Positions 18,769-27,968 of a stretch of DNA of 64,000 bases are shown piece by piece. The DNA comes from Francisellaceae bacterium UBA6186 (GTDB lineage Bacteria > Pseudomonadota > Gammaproteobacteria > UBA6186 > Azoamicaceae): contig DITK01000053.1 in the NCBI GenBank assembly GCA_002422785.1, forward strand, positions 892-64,891. The letters are read 5' to 3'. A model generated the notes under the pieces. It was not told the origin of the DNA and did not search any database. It saw only the letters and a program-made list of their open reading frames with translations. Position numbers and translations under genes: made by a program. Numbering within the stretch: position 1 is the first letter of the stretch; every line of letters begins with the position of its first letter.

Positions 18769-20844
18769 ATGGCAATAAAAATTTATCATAAAGTTTTAAT
18801 CAATATAATTTTAGTAAACATATTTATTATATTGGCAGTTATTGTTAGTTTGGACGCAAAACTACCAGCTGCTGCGATATTAAAAGATGTGAAATTACAA
18901 GTACCGCTAAGAGTTTATTCCATAGATCGAAAATTAATTGCAGAATATGGTGATAAGCGGTGTACGCCAATATTTTTAACTCAGATCCCAGATGATTTAA
19001 TCAACGCTGTTATTGCCACAGAAGATCATAGATTTTTTACTCACCCAGGGGTTGATATTCGCGGCATAATTCGTGCTGCAGTTTCATTAGTAACTACTGG
19101 CAATAAAGAACAAGGTGGCAGTACCATAACTATGCAAGTTGCTAGAAATTTCTTTTTAACCCGTAAAAAAACTTATTTGAGAAAAATTAACGAAATTCTA
19201 TTAGCACTAAAAATAGAAAAAGAGCTTAGTAAAAATGAGATCTTAGAACTTTATTTGAACAAAATTTATTTTGGCAAACATGCATATGGAATAGCTGCGG
19301 CCGCTCAAGTTTATTATGGTTGCAAAGTAGAACAACTATCTTTGGCGCAAATGGCTATGCTAGCTGGTTTGCCACAAGCACCTTCTACTATAAACCCAAT
19401 TAATTCCCCTCAGGCTGCCCTCAAAAGGCGTAACTTAGTATTAGACAACATGCTCACTCATAATTACATAACCAATGAACAATACGAAAAAGCTAATTTA
19501 GAACCCATAGAAACTTCTTACCATGGTAAAGCAATCGAATTAGAAGCACCTTATATTGCTGAAATGGTAAGACAAGAATTAGTAGATCGTTTTGGGGAAG
19601 AAATTTATGACAGAGGTTACGAGGTAATTACAACAATTCATAGCAATATGCAAATCGCCGCCAATTCAGCATTAACCAGAGCACTATTAGAATACGATGA
19701 ACGCCATAATAGTAAAAAATTATTACTTAATGAAGAAGAAGATGAAGAAGATCCGGCAGATGATCAGATTGCACATAAAGCAACTAACATAACTAAGAGC
19801 CCAGAAATAGAAGGAGCTTTAGTGGCTATTAACCCAAATAATGGTGCGGTTTTGTCATTAGTTGGCGGTTTTAGTTTTCAAAAAAGTTCTTTTAATAGGG
19901 CAACTCAAGCCGAAAGACAACCAGGATCAAATTTTAAACCTTTTATTTATGGTGCAGCATTAGAAAACGGTTTTACAGCAGCAACAATACTTAACGATGC
20001 CCCAATAGTACAAGAAGGATCGCTGTTTTTAGATGATTGGCGACCACAAAATCATACCAAAAAATTTTATGGTCCAACTACCCTAAGAACCGGAATTATT
20101 AAATCCAGAAACTTGGTTTCTATCCGCTTACTACAAGCTCTTGGTATCGATAAAGCAGTAGAATTTATAGATAAATGCGGATTTTCTTTACACAAACTAC
20201 CAAAAACTTTATCTTTAGCTTTGGGCACCAATCTAGTAACTCCGTTAGAACTTGCTGCTGGATTTAGCGTGTTTCCTAATGGCGGTTTTAAAGTTACTCC
20301 TTATTTCATCGATAGTATTTATGATTATCAAGGGAATATTTTATTTAATATTAATCCGCCAGAATTGATCCCTGCAATTAGACCACAAACTGCATACTTG
20401 ATTACATCTATGCTGCAAGAAGCAATAACCAGCGGAACTGGTAAAAAAGCTATGCAATTAGGAAGAAAAGATTTAGCTGGCAAAACAGGTACCACTAACG
20501 ACCATTTTGATGCTTGGTATACTGGATACAATCGTGATCTAGTGGTCACTACTTGGGTAGGATTTGATGAACCAAAATCTATAGGTGAATATGCCGTTAA
20601 TACTGCTCTTCCTATGTGGATATATTTTATGGAAAAAGTATTAAATCAAATGCCGGAATCACCACCATCTCAACCAAGTGGCTTAGTTTCAGTAAAAATC
20701 GATCCGGATACTGGATTACTAGCACGCCCAGATCAAAAAAATACCATCTATGAAATATTTACTACCGACACCGTACCAACTGAAATGTCACCATTAGCCA
20801 CAAGTGATGGCCAAGATATAACCAATCAAGATAATATATTTTAA
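18769..20844 (+). CDS. mrcA: Penicillin-binding protein 1A (bifunctional transglycosylase/transpeptidase)
   Basis: GT51 motifs EDHRFFTHPGVD, GGSTITMQVARN, RKINEILLALKIE. Transpeptidase motifs SNFKPF (SxxK), SRN, KTGTTND. Confidence 0.9.
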   Translation: MAIKIYHKVLINIILVNIFIILAVIVSLDAKLPAAAILKDVKLQVPLRVYSIDRKLIAEYGDKRCTPIFLTQIPDDLINAVIATEDHRFFTHPGVDIRGIIRAAVSLVTTGNKEQGGSTITMQVARNFFLTRKKTYLRKINEILLALKIEKELSKNEILELYLNKIYFGKHAYGIAAAAQVYYGCKVEQLSLAQMAMLAGLPQAPSTINPINSPQAALKRRNLVLDNMLTHNYITNEQYEKANLEPIETSYHGKAIELEAPYIAEMVRQELVDRFGEEIYDRGYEVITTIHSNMQIAANSALTRALLEYDERHNSKKLLLNEEEDEEDPADDQIAHKATNITKSPEIEGALVAINPNNGAVLSLVGGFSFQKSSFNRATQAERQPGSNFKPFIYGAALENGFTAATILNDAPIVQEGSLFLDDWRPQNHTKKFYGPTTLRTGIIKSRNLVSIRLLQALGIDKAVEFIDKCGFSLHKLPKTLSLALGTNLVTPLELAAGFSVFPNGGFKVTPYFIDSIYDYQGNILFNINPPELIPAIRPQTAYLITSMLQEAITSGTGKKAMQLGRKDLAGKTGTTNDHFDAWYTGYNRDLVVTTWVGFDEPKSIGEYAVNTALPMWIYFMEKVLNQMPESPPSQPSGLVSVKIDPDTGLLARPDQKNTIYEIFTTDTVPTEMSPLATSDGQDITNQDNIF

Positions 20845-21791
20845 GTAACTTTGGCTGGCTCTACATAATATTTATTACGACCAGTATGCTTTGCTGTATA
20901 TAATGCAAAATCTGCAGCTTCGAGTAACTCTAAAGAATTGTTCATTTCTGGATTAGTAACTGCAACCCCGGCACTAATTGTTAAAATATTACTGCAAGCC
21001 GAGCCTTTATGCAAAATACCTAAGTTAGATATTGATTTAATTAGCTTGTGAGCTATCTGTAATACAGCATCAGTAGTCTCGTGCGGCAACAATACCGCAA
21101 AAGTTTCTCCCGCAGTCCTTGCGATATTGTTACTATATTCTGCTGGTAATTCATTTTGTAATTCTTTAGCTATTTGTTTAATCCTTTTATCGCCAACATC
21201 AGCACCATAAATTTCGTTATACGCCCTAAAGTAATCCAAATTTAATAAAATTAAAAAAATTTCATAATTTGCTTTTTTAGCTTTAAACCATTCGGTCTCC
21301 AATTTTCTATAAAAAGTATTCACATCACAAATACCAGTCATAACATCTTTTTTGTTAACATTTTCTAATGCATGATTAGCGATAGCTAAATCATGAGCCA
21401 TTTCAAAAATATCATTTTTTAATTCTTGGTGTCTTTTAGCAGTTGATAATTTATATAATAATTGAAAATAATTTATAGGCTTCAATAAAAAATCATCTGC
21501 TCCACAATCTAATCCTTGCTTAAAATCATTTTCTACCATAACTTCCGCCATCAACACTATGGTATTCCACACAGCACTACCACCTAATTGACGTATGTTA
21601 TAAACTAGTTCTATACCAGAAATTCCAGATAACTTACTATTAATAAACAATAAATCAGGACATTTATTTTTACATATTTTTAGAACATTTTGTTCGTTAA
21701 GAGCTTCAACGACAGAGTGTCCTAATTCAGCTAATTTAGCAGCTAACCAGGTACGGTGCTCTACGCTATCATCAGCTACTAGAATGTGCAT
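20841..21791 (-). CDS. Response-regulator-like protein with pseudo-receiver and degenerate GGDEF domain
   Basis: REC fold (ILVADDS, LLKP) but the phospho-acceptor position reads DLLFINSKL (Asn, codon 21639-21641). In the GGDEF domain (LNLDYFRAYNEIYG) the signature reads RTAGETF (21099-21113). Confidence 0.8.
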   Translation of the reverse strand: MHILVADDSVEHRTWLAAKLAELGHSVVEALNEQNVLKICKNKCPDLLFINSKLSGISGIELVYNIRQLGGSAVWNTIVLMAEVMVENDFKQGLDCGADDFLLKPINYFQLLYKLSTAKRHQELKNDIFEMAHDLAIANHALENVNKKDVMTGICDVNTFYRKLETEWFKAKKANYEIFLILLNLDYFRAYNEIYGADVGDKRIKQIAKELQNELPAEYSNNIARTAGETFAVLLPHETTDAVLQIAHKLIKSISNLGILHKGSACSNILTISAGVAVTNPEMNNSLELLEAADFALYTAKHTGRNKYYVEPAKVT

Positions 21792-22560
21792 CTTCTTCCT
21801 TTACTAGACTTAATAATGAGTCAGAAGTTATATACCCTGGAATTATCTTACCATCTTGTAAAATTATACTTGGAGTCGCTTGTATTCCAATTTTTCTAGC
21901 TAAATTTAATTGGCTTTCTATCGGATCATTTTTACAGGTTAAGGTAGAAACAGTTTCTCCGTTATTCGCCATAGAGAATGCTTTATTATGATTTTTAGCA
22001 CACCATACTGATACCGATTTTTTATAGCTATCGGACCCAACCCCTGCTCGTGGAAACAATAAGTATCTGACCTCTAAACCTGATCCCACTGCTTTTTCTA
22101 CTTCTTTATGTAATCGATTACCATAAGGACAATCTAAATCGGTAAAGACAGTAACAAACCCTATTGATTTTTTTAGCCCCCAAGAATTACGCTTCGGCTT
22201 AAAAACAATCATTTTATTGGTAGGAAATTTATTTAATTCTGATTTTCTTATCGATCTTTTAGATATCTCTGTAATATTACGATTATTTTTGTCTATTTTA
22301 TTCAGATCTAATAAATCTCCATAAACAAAATATCGACCTTCTTGTGAAATATAAAACACTTCTAAATCTGAACTAGAAACTATTTTATATAAATTAGAAT
22401 CAGGAACAATATCAATAGTTGCATTTATGATATTAAATTGTGGATTTATTTTCTTGATAGCAACATCTAAAACAGCTAACTGTTCCTTAGATACATCAGC
22501 CGCAACAACATTGGCATAAAAATACAACGCTAATAGTACGATTAACTTCCATGTTTTCAT
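21772..22560 (-). CDS. DsbC/DsbG-family periplasmic thiol:disulfide interchange protein homolog with CPYG instead of CxxC
   Basis: Signal peptide, N-terminal dimerisation domain, VTVFTDLDCPYGNRLH...VRYLLFPRAG (DsbC pattern FTD..C.YC..LH), cis-Pro region ATPSIIL. Active-site codons tgt-cct-tat-ggt lie at 22120-22131. Confidence 0.8.
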   Translation of the reverse strand: MKTWKLIVLLALYFYANVVAADVSKEQLAVLDVAIKKINPQFNIINATIDIVPDSNLYKIVSSSDLEVFYISQEGRYFVYGDLLDLNKIDKNNRNITEISKRSIRKSELNKFPTNKMIVFKPKRNSWGLKKSIGFVTVFTDLDCPYGNRLHKEVEKAVGSGLEVRYLLFPRAGVGSDSYKKSVSVWCAKNHNKAFSMANNGETVSTLTCKNDPIESQLNLARKIGIQATPSIILQDGKIIPGYITSDSLLSLVKEEDAHSSS

Positions 22561-22591
22561 AAATATATCCTATTATTTCATGTATAATTTT

Positions 22592-22951
22592 TTATTTCTT
22601 AATTAGCCTTTCTTTAATACGCGCCTGTTTCCCTGACTTTTGTTCTAAATAGTAAAGCTTAGCTTTGCGAACTTTTCCTCTTCTTTTAATTTCAATGCCT
22701 TTTATTAATGGGCTATGAGTTTGAAATATGCGGTTTACTCCTTCTCCATAAGAAATTTTTCTTACAGTAAAAGACGCATTAAGACTTTTAGGTTTGTTTT
22801 TGGCTATAACCACCCCTTCAAAAGCCTGTATTCTAACTTTGGCACCTTCTGTTACTTCCACTTTAACAATTATAGTATCTCCAGGACGAAAATTGGGTAT
22901 ACCCTCCGTCTTCATCTGCCTGTTTTCTATCTCTGCAATAATATTACCCAT
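22592..22951 (-). CDS. rplS: 50S ribosomal protein L19 (track ORF extends to 22999)
   Basis: [50 protein letters not shown]...[21 protein letters not shown]...AKLYYL is collinear with L19 from the ATG at 22951. Confidence 0.92.
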   Translation of the reverse strand: MGNIIAEIENRQMKTEGIPNFRPGDTIIVKVEVTEGAKVRIQAFEGVVIAKNKPKSLNASFTVRKISYGEGVNRIFQTHSPLIKGIEIKRRGKVRKAKLYYLEQKSGKQARIKERLIKK

Positions 22952-23003
22952 TTTTATACTTTTAATACCTTTGTTTTTGCTGCTATTTTCAATTGTCATA
23001 ACC

Positions 23004-23696
23004 TTACCCTCCTAATAAATCTTTACGTCTAGCCTTAGTACGAAATAATCTTTGCTCTTGTCTCCAATTATAAATTGCTTGATGATCGCCACTTAATAAC
23101 ACTTCTGGAACATCCAAACCACATATAGATTTTGGCCTAGTATAATGAGGATGATCTAATAATTGATCTTCCCCGAAAGAATCTTCCGACAAAGAAATAG
23201 GATCGCCTACAACACCAGGTATCAATCTAATTATTGCATCTATAAATGTCATAGCTGCCAATTCTCCGCCACTTAAAATAAAATCACCAACCGACCAGTC
23301 GTCATCAATAGCTAATTCACAAAACCTTTCGTCAATACCCTCGTAACGTCCGCAAACAAATATTGCCCCTTCTTGTAGTTTAATAATCGATCTAAGATCT
23401 TTTTGCACTATTTTTCTACCTTGGGGAGACAAAATTATAGTTGGCACTTTTTTTAAATGCTTACTTTGTTTTTTAGCTGCAATTACCGCATTTAACAACG
23501 GATCTACTTTCATAACCATGCCAGGACCACCGCCATAGGGCCTATCATCAACACTACCGTGTTTGTCTAAAGTATAATCTCTAGGATTATATAGATTTAA
23601 TTCCACTAGTCCACGGTTTATAGCACGTTTATTAATACCATAATCTTTTATGGCCGCAAACATCTCTGGAAATATGGTAACCACACCAAACCACAT
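23004..23696 (-). CDS. trmD: tRNA (guanine37-N1)-methyltransferase
   Basis: [57 protein letters not shown] are TrmD hallmarks. Confidence 0.95.
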   Translation of the reverse strand: MWFGVVTIFPEMFAAIKDYGINKRAINRGLVELNLYNPRDYTLDKHGSVDDRPYGGGPGMVMKVDPLLNAVIAAKKQSKHLKKVPTIILSPQGRKIVQKDLRSIIKLQEGAIFVCGRYEGIDERFCELAIDDDWSVGDFILSGGELAAMTFIDAIIRLIPGVVGDPISLSEDSFGEDQLLDHPHYTRPKSICGLDVPEVLLSGDHQAIYNWRQEQRLFRTKARRKDLLGG

Positions 23697-23702
23697 AATT
23701 TA

Positions 23703-24266
23703 TTACACATCCCAATTAACAATTATTTTTTTAGTAGTTAAATCAATAGTAACAATAAATTCTCCGATTTTATATGGTATTAAATATTGGCTACTATTTC
23801 CTATACTTTTATCTATTTCAGTATCTTTCATCTGTACTACCATAACCTCGTTCGCTGCAGTTGCAAACATATGATCTACGACTCCAAGAAATTTATTAGA
23901 TAAATTATAAACGCTACAATCAATTAAATCTGCCCAATAATATTGATTTTTTGCTAATTTTGGCAAATTATTTCTTTCGATGGCTATTTTTTTATTAGTA
24001 AAAGTTGCAGCTTTAGTACGATCTTCAATTCCTGTAAGTAAAACTAATAACTTGTCTGTGGATTTTTTTGTATCCAAAATACTTATAGGAAATTTTTCAG
24101 TAATATTATCGTACTGATTATCTACAAAATACCAATTTTTAAAACGAAAAATATTTGTTTTAGGATCAGTATAAGAATTAACTTTTAACCAACCATTAAT
24201 CCCAAAAGGAGCACCAATACTACCAATAACAATTAGACCGCTTGTTGAGCTATGGTCTTGTCCCAT
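23703..24266 (-). CDS. rimM: 16S rRNA processing protein RimM
   Basis: [29 protein letters not shown] and the C-terminal PRC-barrel-like region. Conserved rpsP-rimM-trmD-rplS order. Confidence 0.85.
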   Translation of the reverse strand: MGQDHSSTSGLIVIGSIGAPFGINGWLKVNSYTDPKTNIFRFKNWYFVDNQYDNITEKFPISILDTKKSTDKLLVLLTGIEDRTKAATFTNKKIAIERNNLPKLAKNQYYWADLIDCSVYNLSNKFLGVVDHMFATAANEVMVVQMKDTEIDKSIGNSSQYLIPYKIGEFIVTIDLTTKKIIVNWDV

Positions 24267-24496
24267 TCCTTCACCAAACTTTTAACCCTGGCAGACAGCT
24301 CGGCCCCAACCGATATCCAATAATTAATTCTTTCCCTGCTAACTTTCAACCTAACAGCTTGACCTTTAGCAAGTGGGTTAAAATAGCCGATTCTTTCTAA
24401 ATATTTACCATCCCTAGGGCAACGCTTATCAGCAGCCACCACATGATAAAAAGGCCTTTTTTTAGCCCCACCCCTTGATAAACGTATAACAACCAT
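24233..24496 (-). CDS. rpsP: 30S ribosomal protein S16
   Basis: [41 protein letters not shown]. Confidence 0.95.
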   Translation of the reverse strand: MVVIRLSRGGAKKRPFYHVVAADKRCPRDGKYLERIGYFNPLAKGQAVRLKVSRERINYWISVGAELSARVKSLVKEWDKTIAQQAV

Positions 24497-24521
24497 AATT
24501 ACCTCTTTTTAATAAATGCTT

Positions 24522-25469
24522 TTAATCTTTAAAACAACTAGAAAAACTTTCCGCCAAATTATTAATCAACTTAAAATAACCATCTGCCCCCAAATCTTGA
24601 TCAGAGCCCAGTGGATCTAATATACCAACTTTTAACTGTGCATTCAAATCTTTAGATTTTAATAGATAATCTAGCACTTTTGAGCTAAATTGTGGTTCTT
24701 TAAAGACGCACTTTATCCCTTGATTATTAATTAAATCGTGAATAACTAACATTCTCTGAATACTAAGTGGTATAGCTGGATTATCAGTTATAACTATCGG
24801 AGCCTGTAGCCCATAAAATTTTTCAAAATATTGATATGCATCATGAAAAACTAGATAGTTTCGATGCGATAACAATTTTAATTTGAGCCTAATGCCCGAA
24901 TCAATGCCTTGCAACTTTATTACAAAATTCTTCCTATTCGTAGCATATTTTTTAGCGTTGACTGGATCTAACTTAGCTAAAGTTTGCTCTATAGACCTGA
25001 CGATAACTATAGCATTCTTTGGAGATAACCATATATGCTCATCTAAATATTTCTTATTTCTAAATGTTAAATTATTTAAATTTCGCAAATCCTGGACAGT
25101 TAACAGCTTATCTGCAAATTTTTGTTGTTTTAATAATTTGGTTAAAAAAAATTCTAGCTGATCCCCCCCCCAAACAATTAAATCTGCCTGTGCTACCAAC
25201 TTAATATCACTCATTTTTAAATTATAATCATGAGGAGAAACGTTACCATGCAACAATAACACGGGCCTATTAGTAGTACTAATGCCTTGCACCATAGCCA
25301 TAACTAAATTATATAGTGGTTTTATTGTTACAACTATGCGAATATTACGACTTTCCGGTATGCTATTAGCATTAGCTAAAATAGCTGTTGCAAACAAATT
25401 GATGCTAATAAATAAAATTATTTTTATAACACACAGTTTTGACAGTTTTAAGCGTGTATATTTTTTCAT
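24522..25469 (-). CDS. znuA: Zinc ABC transporter periplasmic binding protein ZnuA (track ORF extends to 25508)
   Basis: Cluster-9 SBP pattern (VVTIKPLYNLV, SPHDYNLK, DEHIWLSP, VFHDAYQYF, VFKEPQF). Divergent from znuCB. Confidence 0.8.
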   Translation of the reverse strand: MKKYTRLKLSKLCVIKIILFISINLFATAILANANSIPESRNIRIVVTIKPLYNLVMAMVQGISTTNRPVLLLHGNVSPHDYNLKMSDIKLVAQADLIVWGGDQLEFFLTKLLKQQKFADKLLTVQDLRNLNNLTFRNKKYLDEHIWLSPKNAIVIVRSIEQTLAKLDPVNAKKYATNRKNFVIKLQGIDSGIRLKLKLLSHRNYLVFHDAYQYFEKFYGLQAPIVITDNPAIPLSIQRMLVIHDLINNQGIKCVFKEPQFSSKVLDYLLKSKDLNAQLKVGILDPLGSDQDLGADGYFKLINNLAESFSSCFKD

Positions 25470-25548
25470 AAAAAATTTATACCTAAATTGAAAAAAAACA
25501 TAATACACTAAAATGCTATTACGAATAAACAGTTAAGCTCGCAACATT

Positions 25549-26316
25549 ATGAACAACCATACAATAATTCCCCTAATAAAAGTAGAAAATCTTAGTGTTA
25601 ATTTTAATAACAAAACAATATTAAAAAACATTAATTTTGAAATAATGCATCAACAAATTATTACCATAATAGGGCCAAATGGTGCTGGTAAATCAACCTT
25701 ACTAAAAGCCATTTTAGGTTTTATTAAGCCATCTAGTGGAAAAATAATTACACATCCTAACTTAAAAATAGGATATATGCCACAAAAAATTTTTTTCTCG
25801 GAACAAATTCCTATCACTGTGATTAAATTTTTAAATTTAAACAACAACCTTAACATTAAAGAAAATATAGAATTAATACAATTGAATAAAGAATTAAATA
25901 TCGAACAATTATTAGATAAATCGATACATAGCCTATCTGGCGGAGAACTACAAAGAGTATTATTAGCTAAATCCTTACTTAATAAACCAAACTTATTAAT
26001 ACTCGATGAACCAACTAAAAGTATCGACGTTAATGGCCAGGCGGAATTTTATAAATTATGCTCTAATTTACAAGAAAAACTACATTGCGCTATTATAATG
26101 GCGTCTCATGACCTAAATATCGTAATGTCCGGGATTAATTTTGTGATCTGTTTAAACAAACATATTTGTTGCCACGGATTACCTGAAACAATTAGCCAAC
26201 ATAAAGAATTTATTGAATTATTCGGCACCAACTTAAATAAACTAGCATTTTATGCCCACCACCATAACCACCAACACTTATTAAATGGAGATATTAAAGG
26301 GGAGAATAGTGACTGA
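25549..26316 (+). CDS. znuC: Zinc ABC transporter ATP-binding protein ZnuC
   Basis: Walker A GPNGAGKST, signature LSGGELQRV, Walker B LLILDEP, H-loop SHDL. Confidence 0.85.
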   Translation: MNNHTIIPLIKVENLSVNFNNKTILKNINFEIMHQQIITIIGPNGAGKSTLLKAILGFIKPSSGKIITHPNLKIGYMPQKIFFSEQIPITVIKFLNLNNNLNIKENIELIQLNKELNIEQLLDKSIHSLSGGELQRVLLAKSLLNKPNLLILDEPTKSIDVNGQAEFYKLCSNLQEKLHCAIIMASHDLNIVMSGINFVICLNKHICCHGLPETISQHKEFIELFGTNLNKLAFYAHHHNHQHLLNGDIKGENSD

Positions 26317-27115
26317 TTTTATCATAAAAGCACTGCTCGCCGGTATTGGAATATCAATTATTTCAGGACCAATCGGCAGTTTAATGATCTGGCAACGCAT
26401 GACATATTTTGGCGACACTATAGCCCACGCCTCCCTGCTGGGGATTAGCATTGCCACAATGTTCAATATTAATATATATTATGGATTAATTTTTACTTGT
26501 GTCATAATTGGAATAATTTTAACTATTCTTGCTACTAACAAAAAATTTACCAACGATACTACCCTTAGCATCCTGTCACATTCTGTATTTGCTGCAGGAT
26601 TAGTTGCTGCCAGCTTACTAAAAAATACCAGAGTAGATCTTTTTTCATTCTTATGCGGAGATATTTTGTCAGTCACAAACTATGATCTAATTTTGATTTT
26701 TATAGTAGATATTATCGTGCTTATTAGCTTATCGTTTTTGTGGGAAAAATTAGTTTTTATTACTATTAACCGAGAATTAGCTATCGTTGACGGAATAAAA
26801 GAATCTCAAATACGTTGGATCTTTATTTTACTAGTATCTCTAATTTTTGCTGTATCAATAAGATTAGTTGGGATATTGCTAATCAATGGATTATTACTCA
26901 TACCATGCTCTATCGCCAAAATTTGGTCCAAAAGCCCAACTCAAATGGCAATTTTAGGCAGCATATGCGGTTGCTTAACCATAATTTTGGGAATTATTGG
27001 GTCTTTACTTTGGAATGCACCCACGGGGCCCGCAATTGTCGTCAGCGCAGGTTTGTTATTTATGTTAAATATCCTTATAAAAACTGTAATCAAAAAATTT
27101 TTTATAGCACATTAA
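26285..27115 (+). CDS. znuB: Zinc ABC transporter permease ZnuB
   Basis: ABC-3 family permease pattern (RMTYFGDTIAHASLLGI, GDILSV, multiple TM segments), directly after znuC. Confidence 0.85.
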   Translation: MEILKGRIVTDFIIKALLAGIGISIISGPIGSLMIWQRMTYFGDTIAHASLLGISIATMFNINIYYGLIFTCVIIGIILTILATNKKFTNDTTLSILSHSVFAAGLVAASLLKNTRVDLFSFLCGDILSVTNYDLILIFIVDIIVLISLSFLWEKLVFITINRELAIVDGIKESQIRWIFILLVSLIFAVSIRLVGILLINGLLLIPCSIAKIWSKSPTQMAILGSICGCLTIILGIIGSLLWNAPTGPAIVVSAGLLFMLNILIKTVIKKFFIAH

Positions 27116-27204
27116 CCCTGTAGGCAAAATAATATAGCTATGCTATATTAAATCATTATATTTATATTATGTTTTAAAATTTTTTAATTACAGGAGAATT
27201 TTGC

Positions 27205-27690
27205 ATGGCAGCAATAAAAAAAAGCGCTAAAAAACCACAACATAAAACTAAAAAAGTAGCAACAGCAAAAGCTAAAAAAACTCACCATACTAAACCAAGC
27301 GCATTAAAAAGCATTCTAAAAAGCGTAAAAAATGCGGTTAAACTCTCTCACACTCCTAAAAAGCTTCCACCATTAGAGAAAGTAAATAGTGCTTTTAATA
27401 AATCTCAATTGATTTCCACCTTGGCAGAACGAGTGGATCTTAATAAAAAACAAGTTTCTGTAGTTATGGATGAATTTTGCAAAATTATGGGTGTCCACCT
27501 TAAAAGAGGCGGCCCAGAAAAATTTGTTTTACCCGGAGCTTTTAAAATCGTAGTTAGAAAAATTCCAGCTAAAAAAGCCCGTAACGGTGTTAATCCATTT
27601 ACCGGACAACCTACTGTTTTTAAAGCAAAACCTGCCTCTAGAAGAGTGAAAATTATCGCCCTCAAAAGCTTAAAAGACATGGCAGTATAA
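27205..27690 (+). CDS. HU/IHF-fold DNA-binding protein with lysine/alanine-rich histone H1-like N-terminal tail
   Basis: Residues 1-65 are K/A/T/H-rich (AAIKKSAKKPQHKTKKVATAKAKKTHHTKP...). The C-terminal ~95 aa has the HU pattern (SQLISTLAE...LPGAFKIVVRKIPAKKARNGVNPFTGQPTVFKAKPASRRVK). Confidence 0.7.
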   Translation: MAAIKKSAKKPQHKTKKVATAKAKKTHHTKPSALKSILKSVKNAVKLSHTPKKLPPLEKVNSAFNKSQLISTLAERVDLNKKQVSVVMDEFCKIMGVHLKRGGPEKFVLPGAFKIVVRKIPAKKARNGVNPFTGQPTVFKAKPASRRVKIIALKSLKDMAV

Positions 27691-27715
27691 TTTTTATCTA
27701 GCTTTCACCTCACGC

Positions 27716-27747
27716 AAGCTCCGTGATTGATATAATTCATGGAGCTT
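27716..27747 (+). terminator. Hairpin downstream of the HU-like gene (11-bp stem with one G-U, 10-nt loop, no U-tract)
   Basis: AAGCTCCGTGA-ttgatataat-TCATGGAGCTT, 26 nt after the stop codon. It lacks a T-run, so it is not a canonical intrinsic terminator. Confidence 0.3.
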
Positions 27748-27787
27748 ACGGCATGCTACTCTTGATCTGGTTACTTCATAAAAAGAA

Positions 27788-27815
27788 TTGACAAATGATG
27801 CCTAATTAATATAGA
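27788..27815 (+). promoter_or_regulatory. Candidate sigma70 promoter for lptM-dapF
   Basis: TTGACA (27788-27793), 16-nt spacer, TATAGA (27810-27815), about 20 nt upstream of ATG 27834. AT-rich background makes this weak. Confidence 0.3.
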
Positions 27816-27833
27816 TTTTCAATATATGTTTTT

Positions 27834-27968
27834 ATGGAATTTATTTTGAAAAAATCATTAATAATTATAGCTTATTTAACCCTAATATTATCAGGATGCG
27901 GACAAAGCGGTAGGTTATATTTACCTCATGAAGCTGAAAACAACAGCTCCAACAACCAAAATCCATGA
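27834..27968 (+). CDS. lptM: Small lipoprotein LptM/YifL-like (44 aa; below the ORF-track size cut-off)
   Basis: MEFILKKSLIIIAYLTLILSGCGQSGRLYLPHEAENNSSNNQNP has the lipobox LSGC followed by G..G.LYLP, as in E. coli YifL. It sits immediately upstream of dapF (the conserved position). Its stop overlaps the dapF start (ATGA at 27965-27968). Confidence 0.55.
   Translation: MEFILKKSLIIIAYLTLILSGCGQSGRLYLPHEAENNSSNNQNP

Noticed and set aside
22715-23032. Two plus-strand ORFs (105 and 73 aa) antisense to rplS.
   Set aside because: The minus-strand frame encodes an unmistakable L19. The antisense peptides are hydrophobic low-complexity artefacts.
25470-25548. Looked for a Zur box in the divergent znuA/znuC spacer.
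   Set aside because: I found only a weak partial palindrome (TAATA-N11-TATTA around 25501-25521, 6 of 10 positions complementary). I could find no TGTTAT/ATAACA-type half-sites, which is too weak to annotate.
26815-27123. 102-aa alternative-frame plus-strand ORF inside znuB.
   Set aside because: The znuB frame is continuous and carries the ABC-3 permease TM pattern. The alternative frame is an AT-bias artefact.
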